Shown: piece by piece, positions 20,498 through 29,927 of the stretch
Layout of the letters: every line of letters starts with the position of its first letter
Numbering within the stretch: position 1 is the first letter of the stretch
NCBI GenBank assembly: GCA_015478665.1
Contig: JADMII010000006.1
Location: forward strand, 56,862-120,861
Length of the DNA stretch: 64,000 nucleotides
Reading direction: 5' to 3'
Source of the DNA: Dehalococcoidia bacterium
Lineage (GTDB): Bacteria; Chloroflexota; Dehalococcoidia; DSTF01; JACRBR01
Made by a program: the position numbers and the translations under genes
Notes under the pieces: generated by a model
Database searches by the model: none
Told to the model about the DNA's origin: nothing
What the model saw: only the letters and a program-made list of their open reading frames with translations

Positions 20498-22363
20498 ATG
20501 GAATCGACGCAGATCCAGGAACCGGTAGAGGCGGCGCGCCGAGAGGGCGTCGGCGTGCGCGACGACGTGCGCAACGTTGCGATCATCGCCCACGTCGACC
20601 ACGGCAAGACGACGCTCGTCGATGCGATGCTCTGGCAGAGCGGCGTCTTCCGCGAGAACCAGGACGTCGTCGACCGCGTGCTCGACTCGAACGACCTCGA
20701 GCGCGAGAAGGGCATCACGATCCTCGCCAAGAACACTGCCGTCCGCTTCGGCGACGTCAAGATCAACATCGTCGACACGCCCGGCCACGCCGACTTCGGT
20801 GGTGAGGTCGAGCGCACGCTGAAGATGGTCGATGGCGTGCTGCTGCTCGTCGACGCCAGCGAGGGGCCGCTGCCACAGACGCGCTTCGTGCTCAAGAAGG
20901 CGCTGGAACTCGGCCTGCCGCCGATCGTCGTGATCAACAAGATCGACCGCAAGGACGCGCGGCCGCAGGAAGTCCTGAACGAGATCTACGACCTCTTCAT
21001 CGATCTCGACGCCGGCGACCACCAGATCGACTTCCCGGTGCTGTACACCATCGCCCGCGACGGCATCTGCCGGACGACGCCCGACGGCGAGGACCACCGC
21101 CTCGAGCCGCTGTTCGAGGAGATCGTGCGGACGATCCCGGCGCCGCGCTTCGACCCGCAGTCGCCGCTGCAGCTGCTGGTGCTGAACCTCGACTACTCGG
21201 ACTTCCTCGGCAGGCTGGCGATCGGCCGCATCGTCAACGGCAGCGTCAGCGCGAAGCAGGACGTCGCGCTGCTCCGGCACGACGGCAGCGTGACGCGGAC
21301 GCGGGCGAGCGGACTCTACGCGTTCGAGGGCCTCGAACGCATCGCCGTCGCCGAAGCGGGACCCGGCGACATCGTCGCGTTGGCGGGGTTCGAGGAAGTG
21401 AACATCGGCGAGACGATCGCCGACCCGGACGACGCGCGGGCGCTGCCACCGGTCGTCATCGATGAGCCGACGGTGACGATGGCGTTCTCGGTCAACACGT
21501 CGCCGTTCGCCGGCGCCGATGGGCAGTTCGTCACATCCCGGAGCCTCAAGGACCGCCTCGATCGCGAGGTGCTGACCAACGTCAGCCTGCGCGTCGAGCC
21601 GGGCTCGTCCGCGGAGACCTTCCAGGTCTCCGGCCGTGGCGAGCTACAGATGGCGATCCTCATCGAGACGATGCGGCGCGAGGGCTACGAGCTGATGGTC
21701 AGCAAACCCGAAGTGATCACACGCACCATCGACGGCGCGCGCTGCGAGCCGATGGAGGCGCTGGTCGTCGACTGCGCCGAGGAATACGTCGGCGTCGTCA
21801 CGCAGATGATCTCGACGCGCCGCGGCCGCATGACCAACATGGTGAACCACGGCAGCGGCCGCGTGCGGCTGGAGTTCCGCATCCCCTCGCGCGGCTTGAT
21901 CGGCTTCCGCAGCCAGTTCCTCACCGACACGCGCGGCACCGGCCTGCTGAACCACCTCTTCGATGGCTACGAGCCGTGGCAGGGCGAGATCGCCCATCGC
22001 CAGACGGGCGCGCTCGTGGCCGACCGGCCGGGCAAGGTGACGTCCTTCGCGATCGAGAACCTGCAGGACCGCGGCGAGATGTTTGTCGAGCCGACCGAGG
22101 CCGTGTACGAGGGGATGGTCGTCGGCGAGAACGCGCGTGAAGAGGACATGGACGTCAACATCACCAAAGAGAAGAAGCTGTCGAACATGCGCTCCTCGAC
22201 GTCGGAGATCGCGATCCAGCTGATGCCGGTGCGCAAGCTGTCGTTGGAGCAGGCGCTCGAGTGGATCCGCGACGACGAAGCGCTTGAAGTGACGCCGAAG
22301 AGCCTGCGCCTGCGCAAGCGCGTGCTCGACGCGACCCAGCGCCGGCGCATCGCCCGCGGCTGA
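20498..22363 (+). CDS. typA: Translational GTPase TypA/BipA
   Basis: ATG follows AGGAG. Contains '[18 protein letters not shown]', '[14 protein letters not shown]' and 'NKID'. At about 620 aa it has the C-terminal domain typical of BipA. Confidence 0.9.
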   Translation: MESTQIQEPVEAARREGVGVRDDVRNVAIIAHVDHGKTTLVDAMLWQSGVFRENQDVVDRVLDSNDLEREKGITILAKNTAVRFGDVKINIVDTPGHADFGGEVERTLKMVDGVLLLVDASEGPLPQTRFVLKKALELGLPPIVVINKIDRKDARPQEVLNEIYDLFIDLDAGDHQIDFPVLYTIARDGICRTTPDGEDHRLEPLFEEIVRTIPAPRFDPQSPLQLLVLNLDYSDFLGRLAIGRIVNGSVSAKQDVALLRHDGSVTRTRASGLYAFEGLERIAVAEAGPGDIVALAGFEEVNIGETIADPDDARALPPVVIDEPTVTMAFSVNTSPFAGADGQFVTSRSLKDRLDREVLTNVSLRVEPGSSAETFQVSGRGELQMAILIETMRREGYELMVSKPEVITRTIDGARCEPMEALVVDCAEEYVGVVTQMISTRRGRMTNMVNHGSGRVRLEFRIPSRGLIGFRSQFLTDTRGTGLLNHLFDGYEPWQGEIAHRQTGALVADRPGKVTSFAIENLQDRGEMFVEPTEAVYEGMVVGENAREEDMDVNITKEKKLSNMRSSTSEIAIQLMPVRKLSLEQALEWIRDDEALEVTPKSLRLRKRVLDATQRRRIARG

Positions 22364-22388
22364 ACGCACCGCTCCAGCCGTCGGCCCC

Positions 22389-22856
22389 TTAGCGGTCCGG
22401 CAGCTCGCGCAGCCCGCTGCCCAGCTCGGGCCACCACTTCGCCGCCTCGGCGATCACCCGCACGGCCTCCCGCTGCGACGGCCAGACGAAGCGCTGCAGC
22501 GTCTCGTCGAGCGAGCACCACTCGTACGCCGTGTGCTCCTCGGACATCGTCGCCGCCGGCGCCTCGGCGACGAAGCCTGCAAACGCCGGCACGAGGTGCA
22601 CCGCGTCCGTCGCGTCGCTGTAGAACGTCTCCACGTAGTCCGTGCGGAAGAAGCGCGCCGGCGCCAGGCCCGTCTCCTCGGCCATCTCGCGCCGCGCCGC
22701 CGCGTACGCCGTCTCGCCGGGCTCGATCATGCCGTGCACGGCCTGCCAGGTGCCGGCGTGCAGGAGATGCGGCGCGCGCAGCAACGTCAGGAAGCACGGC
22801 CGGCCATGCCGCACCGTGAAGACGTACGTCGAGATGGAGCCGGTGATGACGTTCAT
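22389..22856 (-). CDS. NUDIX hydrolase
   Basis: Contains the Nudix box 'GMIEPGETAYAAARREMAEETGL'. The start overlaps the stop of the upstream DUF885 gene by 4 bp. Confidence 0.8.
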   Translation of the reverse strand: MNVITGSISTYVFTVRHGRPCFLTLLRAPHLLHAGTWQAVHGMIEPGETAYAAARREMAEETGLAPARFFRTDYVETFYSDATDAVHLVPAFAGFVAEAPAATMSEEHTAYEWCSLDETLQRFVWPSQREAVRVIAEAAKWWPELGSGLRELPDR

Positions 22857-24484
22857 GCGTCGGCGAGCATGATGCGCTCGATCGTGGCGACGGGATACGG
22901 GAGCTGCATGAAGGCGTCGTGGAACGCGCGCTGGTCGAACGCGGATCCCTGCCGCTCGCGGAGCTGCGCACGCAGCGAGAGGATCTGGCGCTTCCCCAGC
23001 GTGTAGGCGTAGTAGTTCGGCCCGAGGATACCGCGGCGCGTCTCCCGCTCGGCGATCACCCGCGACGTGAACCCTTCGCGCACGAAGAAGTCGATGGCGC
23101 GCTGCGGGCTCCATCCCTCGACGTGCATGCCGAAGGCGCAGCGGTAGCGGCACAGGCGGAGCAGCGCCTCGCGGAGCTGCATCAGTTGGAAGCGCCGGTC
23201 GCCGCCGCCGTAGCCGGCCTCTGTCATCACCTGCTCGATGTAGTGCGCCCAGCCCTCGACCGTCGTCGTCGTCAGAAGGTAGCGGCCGACGCTGCTCGCG
23301 GCGCGGTTCAGGTAGGTCAGGTGGACGTAGTGGCCCGGGTAGGCCTCGTGCGCCGTGACGCCCGGGATGCTCCAGCGATTGAAGAAGCGCATGTACGACT
23401 CGATGCGCTCCGCGGGCCAGCCGGCATCCGCCGGCGTGACGTAGTAGTACGCGCTCGTCGCCTTCGTCTCGAACGGCCCCGGGCTGCTGCACGCCGCCTG
23501 CGTCGTCACGCGCGAGAAGCCGGGCGTCTCCGTGACGGCGATGCGCACGTCCGTCGGCATCGTGCAGAGCCCGGCGTCGATGCTGAAGCTGCGAAGATCC
23601 TCGAGCAGGTCGCGCACCTGGGGGAGCAGATCGTCCGGCGCCGGGTGGTCGCGCGCGACGGCATCGACGACCTCCGCCGGCTCGGCGCTCGCGTCGATCT
23701 TCGCCGCGATCTCGCGCAGCAGGTCCTGGTGTGCGCGCAGGTCATCCTCGCCGCGCCGGACCAGCGCGTCGATCGGCTCGTCGACCGCGTCGGCCTGCGA
23801 GAGCAGCGTGGCGATGAGCTCGCCGCCCCAGGCGAAGTCCCCGGTCGCCTTCGGAAGCAGGTCGCTCTTCATCCAAGCCACATACGAATCGACCGCGGCG
23901 AGCGCCGAGCTGTTGGCCGCCGCGAACTCGTGCTGTAGCGCCGCGTCCGTCGAGAGCGCGGCCGCCGCGGTGAGGTCGCGCTCGAACAGCAGGCGCATGC
24001 CGCCGCCGGCCTCGATCGCCGTCTCGACATGGTAGCGGGTGGGGTCGCGCAGATTCGCCTTCGCCTGTTCGAGGAGATCGGGTACGGCGCGCAGACGGCC
24101 GACGAGGGCGCGGACGCGCTCGTCGAGCGGCGCGAAGTCGCGGATGACGAGGCTGTTGCAGCCGCCGCCGATCGTCCCGAGGACGCCGCCCGGCGCCCGC
24201 TGCCACGAGCGCACCTGCTCGATGTCGGTCAGCTCCCAGGCGATGCGGCGAGCGAGCAGGTCGGCGTCGTACGCCTCATCGCCGTCCAGCGCCGGCGCCG
24301 GGAGCGCGCGCAGGCGGTCGGCGAAGCCACGCAAGGCCTGCGCCCGGCGCTCGATCGCGGCGGCGCTCCGGTCGCCGAGCTCGGCGTCGTGGTCGTGAAA
24401 GCCGCGGGTGGTGGCACCCACCGGCTGCCAGGCGTTGGTGGCGGCGATGTACTGGTCGGCAAGCTGCTCGAACGGCGAGGGCAT
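22853..24484 (-). CDS. DUF885 family protein (metallopeptidase-like)
   Basis: About 543 aa with 'HEAYPGHYVH', characteristic of DUF885. ATG 24484 is preceded by GGAAGGAG. Confidence 0.8.
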   Translation of the reverse strand: MPSPFEQLADQYIAATNAWQPVGATTRGFHDHDAELGDRSAAAIERRAQALRGFADRLRALPAPALDGDEAYDADLLARRIAWELTDIEQVRSWQRAPGGVLGTIGGGCNSLVIRDFAPLDERVRALVGRLRAVPDLLEQAKANLRDPTRYHVETAIEAGGGMRLLFERDLTAAAALSTDAALQHEFAAANSSALAAVDSYVAWMKSDLLPKATGDFAWGGELIATLLSQADAVDEPIDALVRRGEDDLRAHQDLLREIAAKIDASAEPAEVVDAVARDHPAPDDLLPQVRDLLEDLRSFSIDAGLCTMPTDVRIAVTETPGFSRVTTQAACSSPGPFETKATSAYYYVTPADAGWPAERIESYMRFFNRWSIPGVTAHEAYPGHYVHLTYLNRAASSVGRYLLTTTTVEGWAHYIEQVMTEAGYGGGDRRFQLMQLREALLRLCRYRCAFGMHVEGWSPQRAIDFFVREGFTSRVIAERETRRGILGPNYYAYTLGKRQILSLRAQLRERQGSAFDQRAFHDAFMQLPYPVATIERIMLADA

Positions 24485-24593
24485 GGGCACTCCTTCCGCC
24501 GGCATCATATGTGCGTTGGCGGGATGGGGCTATGCGCCCGGCCCCGCGGGCCGCCGATACATCTTCAATTCACGGCGGAGAGCGGGACAGCGC

Positions 24594-25604
24594 ATGCAGG
24601 CGGAAGCACCGGCCCCACAGCACGGCATCGACGACGCGGCAATGGGCCGCGCGTTCATCGTGCTGCGCTGGCTGATCACCGCGGCCTACCTGGCGCTCGG
24701 CGCGAGCGGTGCGCTGGCCGTCAGCCAGCGCGGGCTGCTCTGGAGCGGCGGCCTGCTGTTCCTGTACACAGCCGCCTTCACCGGCGTGCGGCTGAGCGGC
24801 GAACAGCACCCGCGCGTGCTGACGCAGATCCGCTACTCCGACATCGTCATGACGAGCCTCGTGCTCGTCGCGCTGGGTGATATCGAGAGCCCCGTCTGGG
24901 CCGTCTACTTCGTCAGCATCGTCGCCGTCGCCCACCTGATGACGCCGCATCAGATGCTGCGGTACGTCGTCTGGACGATCGCCTGCTACGTCGGCGCGGC
25001 CGTCGCTGTGACGGCGCTCTCGGGCGACGTCTCCGTCGCGTACGTCGCCGTCGTCTGCGTGCTGCTGCTCTTCATGGGCCTGAACGCCGTGCTCCTCGCC
25101 GCCGGCGAGCAGCGGCTGCGCGAGGTCATCGCGAAGGTCGCCATCACCGACTCGCTCACCGGCCTGCCCAACCGGCGCTGCTTCCAGGAGATCTACGCCG
25201 CCAGCATCGACGAGGCGATGCGCGACCGGCGTCCGCTGACGCTGATGCTGGTAGACGTCGACCACTTCAAGGAGATCAACGACAGCCGCGGTCATCCCGC
25301 CGGCGACGACAAGCTGCGCGAACTCGCGCAGGCGTTCGGCGACGCGACGCGACGCTGCGACGTCGTCGCGCGGTACGGCGGCGACGAGTTCATCGTCATC
25401 GCGCCGGATACGAACCGGATCGATGGCCTCGGTCTCGCCGAGCGCCTGCGCACGGCGGCTGCAGGCTGCGAGATCGGCGTCAGCATCGGCCTCGCACTCT
25501 TCCCCGACGACGCCGCGACCCACGACGGGCTGATCACGCGGGCAGATCAGGCGCTGTATGCGGCCAAAGAGGCCGGCCGCAACTGTGTGCGGACGGCGGC
25601 GTAA
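24594..25604 (+). CDS. Membrane-anchored diguanylate cyclase (GGDEF), paralogue 1
   Basis: The N-terminal half is hydrophobic with about 5-6 TM segments. The C-terminal half carries 'DSLTGLPNRR', the I-site 'RRCD' and the active site 'RYGGDEF'. Confidence 0.85.
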   Translation: MQAEAPAPQHGIDDAAMGRAFIVLRWLITAAYLALGASGALAVSQRGLLWSGGLLFLYTAAFTGVRLSGEQHPRVLTQIRYSDIVMTSLVLVALGDIESPVWAVYFVSIVAVAHLMTPHQMLRYVVWTIACYVGAAVAVTALSGDVSVAYVAVVCVLLLFMGLNAVLLAAGEQRLREVIAKVAITDSLTGLPNRRCFQEIYAASIDEAMRDRRPLTLMLVDVDHFKEINDSRGHPAGDDKLRELAQAFGDATRRCDVVARYGGDEFIVIAPDTNRIDGLGLAERLRTAAAGCEIGVSIGLALFPDDAATHDGLITRADQALYAAKEAGRNCVRTAA

Positions 25605-25848
25605 CCGCTGACTGTCGGCCCTCCTGACCCGGTCATCACTCGATGATGGCGCCTCGCTGCTTCGCCCGGCTGAGCGCCGGTTCGCCCGAGCATCGAGCGC
25701 CGTCGTTCCTCCGAAATGCCGAACCCTCCACCAGCCGGAGCCAAGTGTATCGGGAGACGAGGCGGCAGCTTTGAGCGCCCGACCGGTCAGACGATCGATG
25801 CCGCAGCGGCGGCTCAACTCGGCCCGCCGGCCGGCCGATACCTACGAA

Positions 25849-26958
25849 ATGCTCGCTTCGGGGACGATGGCACGAGTGATCGTAACGCAGCGTTCGCAGG
25901 CCGGGATCAAGGACGCCAAGCTTGGGGCGGCGCTCATCGGCGTCCGCTGGGCGCTGCTCGCCGCCTACGTGCCGCTGGCGTTGATCGGCGCGCTAGCGGT
26001 CGGCCACGTCGCCCTCGCTGTGAGCGCGAGCATGCTGGCCGCGTATTTCGGCGTCCTCACCGTCGCGGAGGTGAGCGGTCACGGCAACGACCCCATCGTC
26101 ACGAAGGTCAGCCGCTACGCCGACGTCGTCGGCACGACGACGGTGCTCGTGGCCATGCACACGGTGACGACGCCGATCTGGGCCGTGTACTTCCTGACGC
26201 TCGTCGGCATCGCCCACTTCGTCAGCAAGCGCGAGATGGCGCTCTACGTCGTCTGGGCGGCGGCCAACTTCTTCTTCGCCGCTGTGACGAGCGAACTGAT
26301 GGGATACGCCGTGCCGTGGGGATACGTCGGCGTGATCGAGCTGATCATCGCCGGCATGGGGGCGAACGCCACGGTGCTCGCGGGCGGCGAACAACGGCTG
26401 CGCGACGTCCTCAGCATCGCCGCCCGCACGGACTCGCTGACCGGCATCGCCAACCGCCGTTCGCTCGAAACGGCGTTCGCCGGCTCGCTGCAGGAGGCGC
26501 TCGCCCGCCGGCAACCGCTCGCCTTCATGCTGATCGACGTCGACCACTTCAAGGAGATCAACGACCGTGACGGCCACCCGGCCGGTGACGACAAGCTTCG
26601 TGACGTGGCAGCGGCGTTGAGCGCGGCCGCCCGCGCCGGCGACGTCGTCGCGCGCTTCGGCGGCGACGAGTTCTCGGTCGTCGCTCCCCACGCCGCGCTT
26701 CCGGACGCGCTGCGGCTGGCCGAACGCCTGCGCGGCGCAGCGGCGACGTGCGGCGCCAGCGTCAGCATCGGCCTGGCGATGTTCCCCGAGGACGCCCGGA
26801 CTCAGGCGGCGCTGGTGGACGCGGCCGACCGCGCCCTCTATGCGGCGAAGGAGGCGGGGCGGAACTGCGTCCGTGCCGCAGCCTGGCCTCGGCGCTCCGG
26901 GATACGCCCGTCCCCGCACGACCGCGCAGGAACGCCGAATCCTGTCCTTCCGTCCTGA
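25849..26958 (+). CDS. Membrane-anchored diguanylate cyclase (GGDEF), paralogue 2
   Basis: It has the same architecture as the neighbouring gene: 'DSLTGIANRR', I-site 'RAGD' and 'RFGGDEF'. The start is uncertain (25849 or 25867). Confidence 0.8.
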   Translation: MLASGTMARVIVTQRSQAGIKDAKLGAALIGVRWALLAAYVPLALIGALAVGHVALAVSASMLAAYFGVLTVAEVSGHGNDPIVTKVSRYADVVGTTTVLVAMHTVTTPIWAVYFLTLVGIAHFVSKREMALYVVWAAANFFFAAVTSELMGYAVPWGYVGVIELIIAGMGANATVLAGGEQRLRDVLSIAARTDSLTGIANRRSLETAFAGSLQEALARRQPLAFMLIDVDHFKEINDRDGHPAGDDKLRDVAAALSAAARAGDVVARFGGDEFSVVAPHAALPDALRLAERLRGAAATCGASVSIGLAMFPEDARTQAALVDAADRALYAAKEAGRNCVRAAAWPRRSGIRPSPHDRAGTPNPVLPS

Positions 26959-27199
26959 GACGCGCCCCGCATCCGTAACACCCACGCATCGCCGCTGCAG
27001 TAGACGGAGTCCGGGCGGCATCTCGTGAACGCAGCGACGAGCGCACTGATGCGCGCGATCGCTCGCAAGCAACGGATGTAACAAAAGCATTGCAGTTCCC
27101 TTCGATGCGTTGCGCTGCCGTTGCGGGGCTGCGCGATCAGCCGGTACCGTGACAACAGACGCTACAGCAACGTTACATTCGCACCAGGAGCATTTCGTC

Positions 27200-28093
27200 T
27201 TGATTTCACGACTCCGGGCACTTCGCCCGCCGCGGTTCCTTGCGGCCTTTTTCGCCGGCGCCGCCCTGCTCACGCCGCTTCTCACCGGCATGGCCCCGGC
27301 CGAGGTCTGGGCAGGGCCGACGCCTCTGCTCAGCGACACGCAGATGGTCGTCTATTACGGCAAGCCGAACTCGCCGGGCATGGGCATACTCGGCACGTTC
27401 GACTCACCTGCCGCCGCGGCGACCAGCCTGCAGGGCGAGACCGCGCTGGTGGACTCGCTCAACGGCCCCCGCAAGGCGCAGGGAGCGATGGATATCGTCT
27501 ACGGCATGGTGACCGCAGACCCCGGTCCCGGCGGCATCTACGTCTCCTATCTCGATGACGCGACGACGCGCGCCTACATCGATGCCGCCACGCAGCGGAA
27601 CCAGGAGGTGATCCTCGACCTCCAGATCGGCCGCAGCACAGTGCTGGACGAGGTGAAGAAGGTCGCGCCGTACCTCACGAACCCGCGCGTGCACGTGGCG
27701 ATCGACCCGGAGTACGCCGTCGGGCCGGCGGGCGTGCCGATCCAGGACCCGGGGCGCATCACCGGCGATGACCTCAACCGGGCGCAGGCGTACCTGAGCG
27801 ACCTCGTGCAGCAGCGCAAACTGCCGCCGAAGATGCTCATCGTCCACCAGTACATGGACGCGACGATCGCCGACCCGGCGGCGGCGAAGACGTTCCCCAA
27901 CGTCACGCTCGTGCTCAACGTCGACGGCATCGGCGCGCCGGCGGACAAGCTCGCGATGTACCAGCACTTCGCCGGCGCGCCGTGGGCGCAGCGCCGGTCG
28001 TACACCGTGTTCCTCAGGCAGGACACGCAGCTTCCCACCGAACAGCAACTGCTGGCGATGCAGCCGGCGCCCGACATGATCATGTTTCAGTAG
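27200..28093 (+). CDS. Hypothetical secreted protein
   Basis: TTG 27200 lies 9 nt after GGAG and is followed by a signal-peptide-like 'ISRLRALRPPRFLAAFFAGAALLTPLL'. Third-position GC is high. I do not recognise the family. A sigma70-like TGACAA-18nt-TACATT lies at 27150-27179. Confidence 0.55.
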   Translation: MISRLRALRPPRFLAAFFAGAALLTPLLTGMAPAEVWAGPTPLLSDTQMVVYYGKPNSPGMGILGTFDSPAAAATSLQGETALVDSLNGPRKAQGAMDIVYGMVTADPGPGGIYVSYLDDATTRAYIDAATQRNQEVILDLQIGRSTVLDEVKKVAPYLTNPRVHVAIDPEYAVGPAGVPIQDPGRITGDDLNRAQAYLSDLVQQRKLPPKMLIVHQYMDATIADPAAAKTFPNVTLVLNVDGIGAPADKLAMYQHFAGAPWAQRRSYTVFLRQDTQLPTEQQLLAMQPAPDMIMFQ

Positions 28094-28183
28094 TATCCCG
28101 GCGGCGACAGCGCCTCGGCGCTCGACGACGGGCTGCCGCCGCAGATCGCGCCCGCTGCGAGCGCTCGCGGCAGGCCGTCCCGG

Positions 28184-28354
28184 TCACGAGCGCTCGAAGA
28201 ACAGGTAGATGCCGTGCGTCGCGGCGACGAGGCCGAGCTCCCTGTGGACGAGCCGAAAGCCTTCGATCCCCACCTTGCTGCAGACCGCCTCGAACTCCCC
28301 CCGCAGCTCCTCCGGCGATCCCCGCAGCTCGATGAAGCGGACGCGATATTCCAT
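28184..28354 (-). CDS. Small hypothetical protein (56 aa)
   Basis: ATG 28354 lies 4 nt after GAGG. The product is 'MEYRVRFIELRGSPEELRGEFEAVCSKVGIEGFRLVHRELGLVAATHGIYLFFERS', non-repetitive and with mixed composition. No family is recognised. Confidence 0.3.
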   Translation of the reverse strand: MEYRVRFIELRGSPEELRGEFEAVCSKVGIEGFRLVHRELGLVAATHGIYLFFERS

Positions 28355-28570
28355 CCGACCTCGATCCATCGGCCAGGACGGCGTCCGCGTCCCGCGCCGG
28401 ACGCAGCGATCTTGCCGGCACAGCCGCCGCTGCGGCAATCCCTCGCGCCGTCGTGCCACGCTGGCGCGCCTTGCGGCGCAGCCTCGGCTTGCAGCACCGC
28501 TGCCGCTTCCTTGCGGCGCCGCCCTGCCGGCGACAGGCGCGCGTAACCGACCGCCGGCTCCGACGCCGTC

Positions 28571-29860
28571 TCACGCCCGCCCGCGCGTCGCCAGCACCTG
28601 GCGATAGAGTTCGTCGCAGGCGATCGCATGCCCGCGCCACGTGAAGCGCTGGAGCACGCGCGCCCGCCCGGCGCTGCCGTATCGGCGACGCCGGTCCGCG
28701 TCGGCCAGCAGCGCCTCGATCCCGGCGGCGAGTGCGGCCGGGTCGGCGGCGGGCACGATCACGCCCGTCTCGCCGTCGGCCACGACCTCCGGCAGCGCCC
28801 CCGCGTCCGAGGCGATCACCGGCGTGCCCGACGCCATCGCCTCGGCCGCCGGCAGGCCGAAGCCTTCGTACAGCGACGGCGCCAGCAGGATCTGCGCGCG
28901 TCGATACCAGGCCGCCAGCTCGTCGCTGTCCACGCGCCCGACGAGCGAGACGCGGTCACCGATGCCGAGGCGCGCGACCTCGTTCAGCGCGACGTGGGGC
29001 ACACCGCCGGGGCCGCCGACGAGGTAGAGGCGCGCGCGGCAGTCCGCAGGCAGCAGCGCCAGCGCTCGCAGCGCGAAGACGACGCCCTTGTTGTAGTCCT
29101 GTGCGTTGCCGACGAAGAGCAGTGCGCGGTCCTCGCGCGCCGGCTGATCAGCCGGCCGGAAGCGCTCGCTGTCGACGCCGTTGTGGATGACGTGCACGCG
29201 CCCGGCGGGCAGCTTCCAGAGCCGCGTCGTCAGTTCGGCGGAGGCGCGTGACGGGAAGACGAGGCCGTCGAGCCGTCGCGCGACGGTCCGTTGCATCTGC
29301 CACGGGTACCACGCGATGCGCAGCGCCCGCTCGCGGGCGGAGCCGAGCGCGCGCAGCCCGCTGCGGACGTCGACGTCGAGCGGATGGTGCACCGTCGCGA
29401 CGACGGCGCGGCCGCGCAGCCGCTGCGCGAGCAGGACGCCGTAGCTCAGTGTCTGGTTGTCATGGATCAGGTCGAACGCACCGTACTCCCGTTCGACTTC
29501 GGCCAGACGCGCGAGCGCGCGCAGACTGAATGTGAAGAGCAGCGATGCGAACGTGAAGCGCGTCGTCGCGAACTCGAAGAGGTTCAGCGGCGCCAGGTGC
29601 GCGAGCGGATGCGGCGTCTGGAAGAAGCGCCGGCGGTCGAGCATCATCGTCTGGAAGCTGTGCGTGGCGATGCGATGGTGCCGCACGGCGGGGTCGAGCG
29701 CGGGGTACGGCGGCCCGGAGATGACGTGGACCTCGTGGCCGAGGCGCGCCAGCTCGCGCGTGACGTGCGCGAGGTAGATCCCCTGGCCGCCGGACTCCAT
29801 CGAGCCGTGGTACATGAGGAAGCAGATGCGCAGCGGTCGTCCGGTCGGCATTCCGGGCAT
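28571..29860 (-). CDS. Family 4 (GT-B) glycosyltransferase, paralogue 1
   Basis: Begins 'RICFLMYHGSMESGGQGIYL...' and carries the C-terminal EX7E region 'SLYEGFGLPAAEAMASGTPVIASDAGALPEVV'. Confidence 0.85.
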   Translation of the reverse strand: MPGMPTGRPLRICFLMYHGSMESGGQGIYLAHVTRELARLGHEVHVISGPPYPALDPAVRHHRIATHSFQTMMLDRRRFFQTPHPLAHLAPLNLFEFATTRFTFASLLFTFSLRALARLAEVEREYGAFDLIHDNQTLSYGVLLAQRLRGRAVVATVHHPLDVDVRSGLRALGSARERALRIAWYPWQMQRTVARRLDGLVFPSRASAELTTRLWKLPAGRVHVIHNGVDSERFRPADQPAREDRALLFVGNAQDYNKGVVFALRALALLPADCRARLYLVGGPGGVPHVALNEVARLGIGDRVSLVGRVDSDELAAWYRRAQILLAPSLYEGFGLPAAEAMASGTPVIASDAGALPEVVADGETGVIVPAADPAALAAGIEALLADADRRRRYGSAGRARVLQRFTWRGHAIACDELYRQVLATRGRA

Positions 29861-29927
29861 CGTACATGCGCCGGCACGCGGAGAGCATCCGCCGGACGCC
29901 CGGCGCGTAGGCCGCAGCCGGCGCGCT

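Noticed and set aside
22389-23492. The tracked 367 aa ORF as a single gene.
   Set aside because: Only the C-terminal 155 aa (from ATG 22856) carries the Nudix fold. The N-terminal extension overlaps the DUF885 gene out of frame and is Arg/Pro-rich.
26959-27199. A c-di-GMP (GEMM) or TPP riboswitch downstream of the GGDEF pair and upstream of the secreted protein gene. A CTGAGA string occurs at about 26955.
   Set aside because: The conserved GEMM and TPP cores are absent. The only supportable signal is a sigma70-like TGACAA-18-TACATT box, which leaves little room for a leader.
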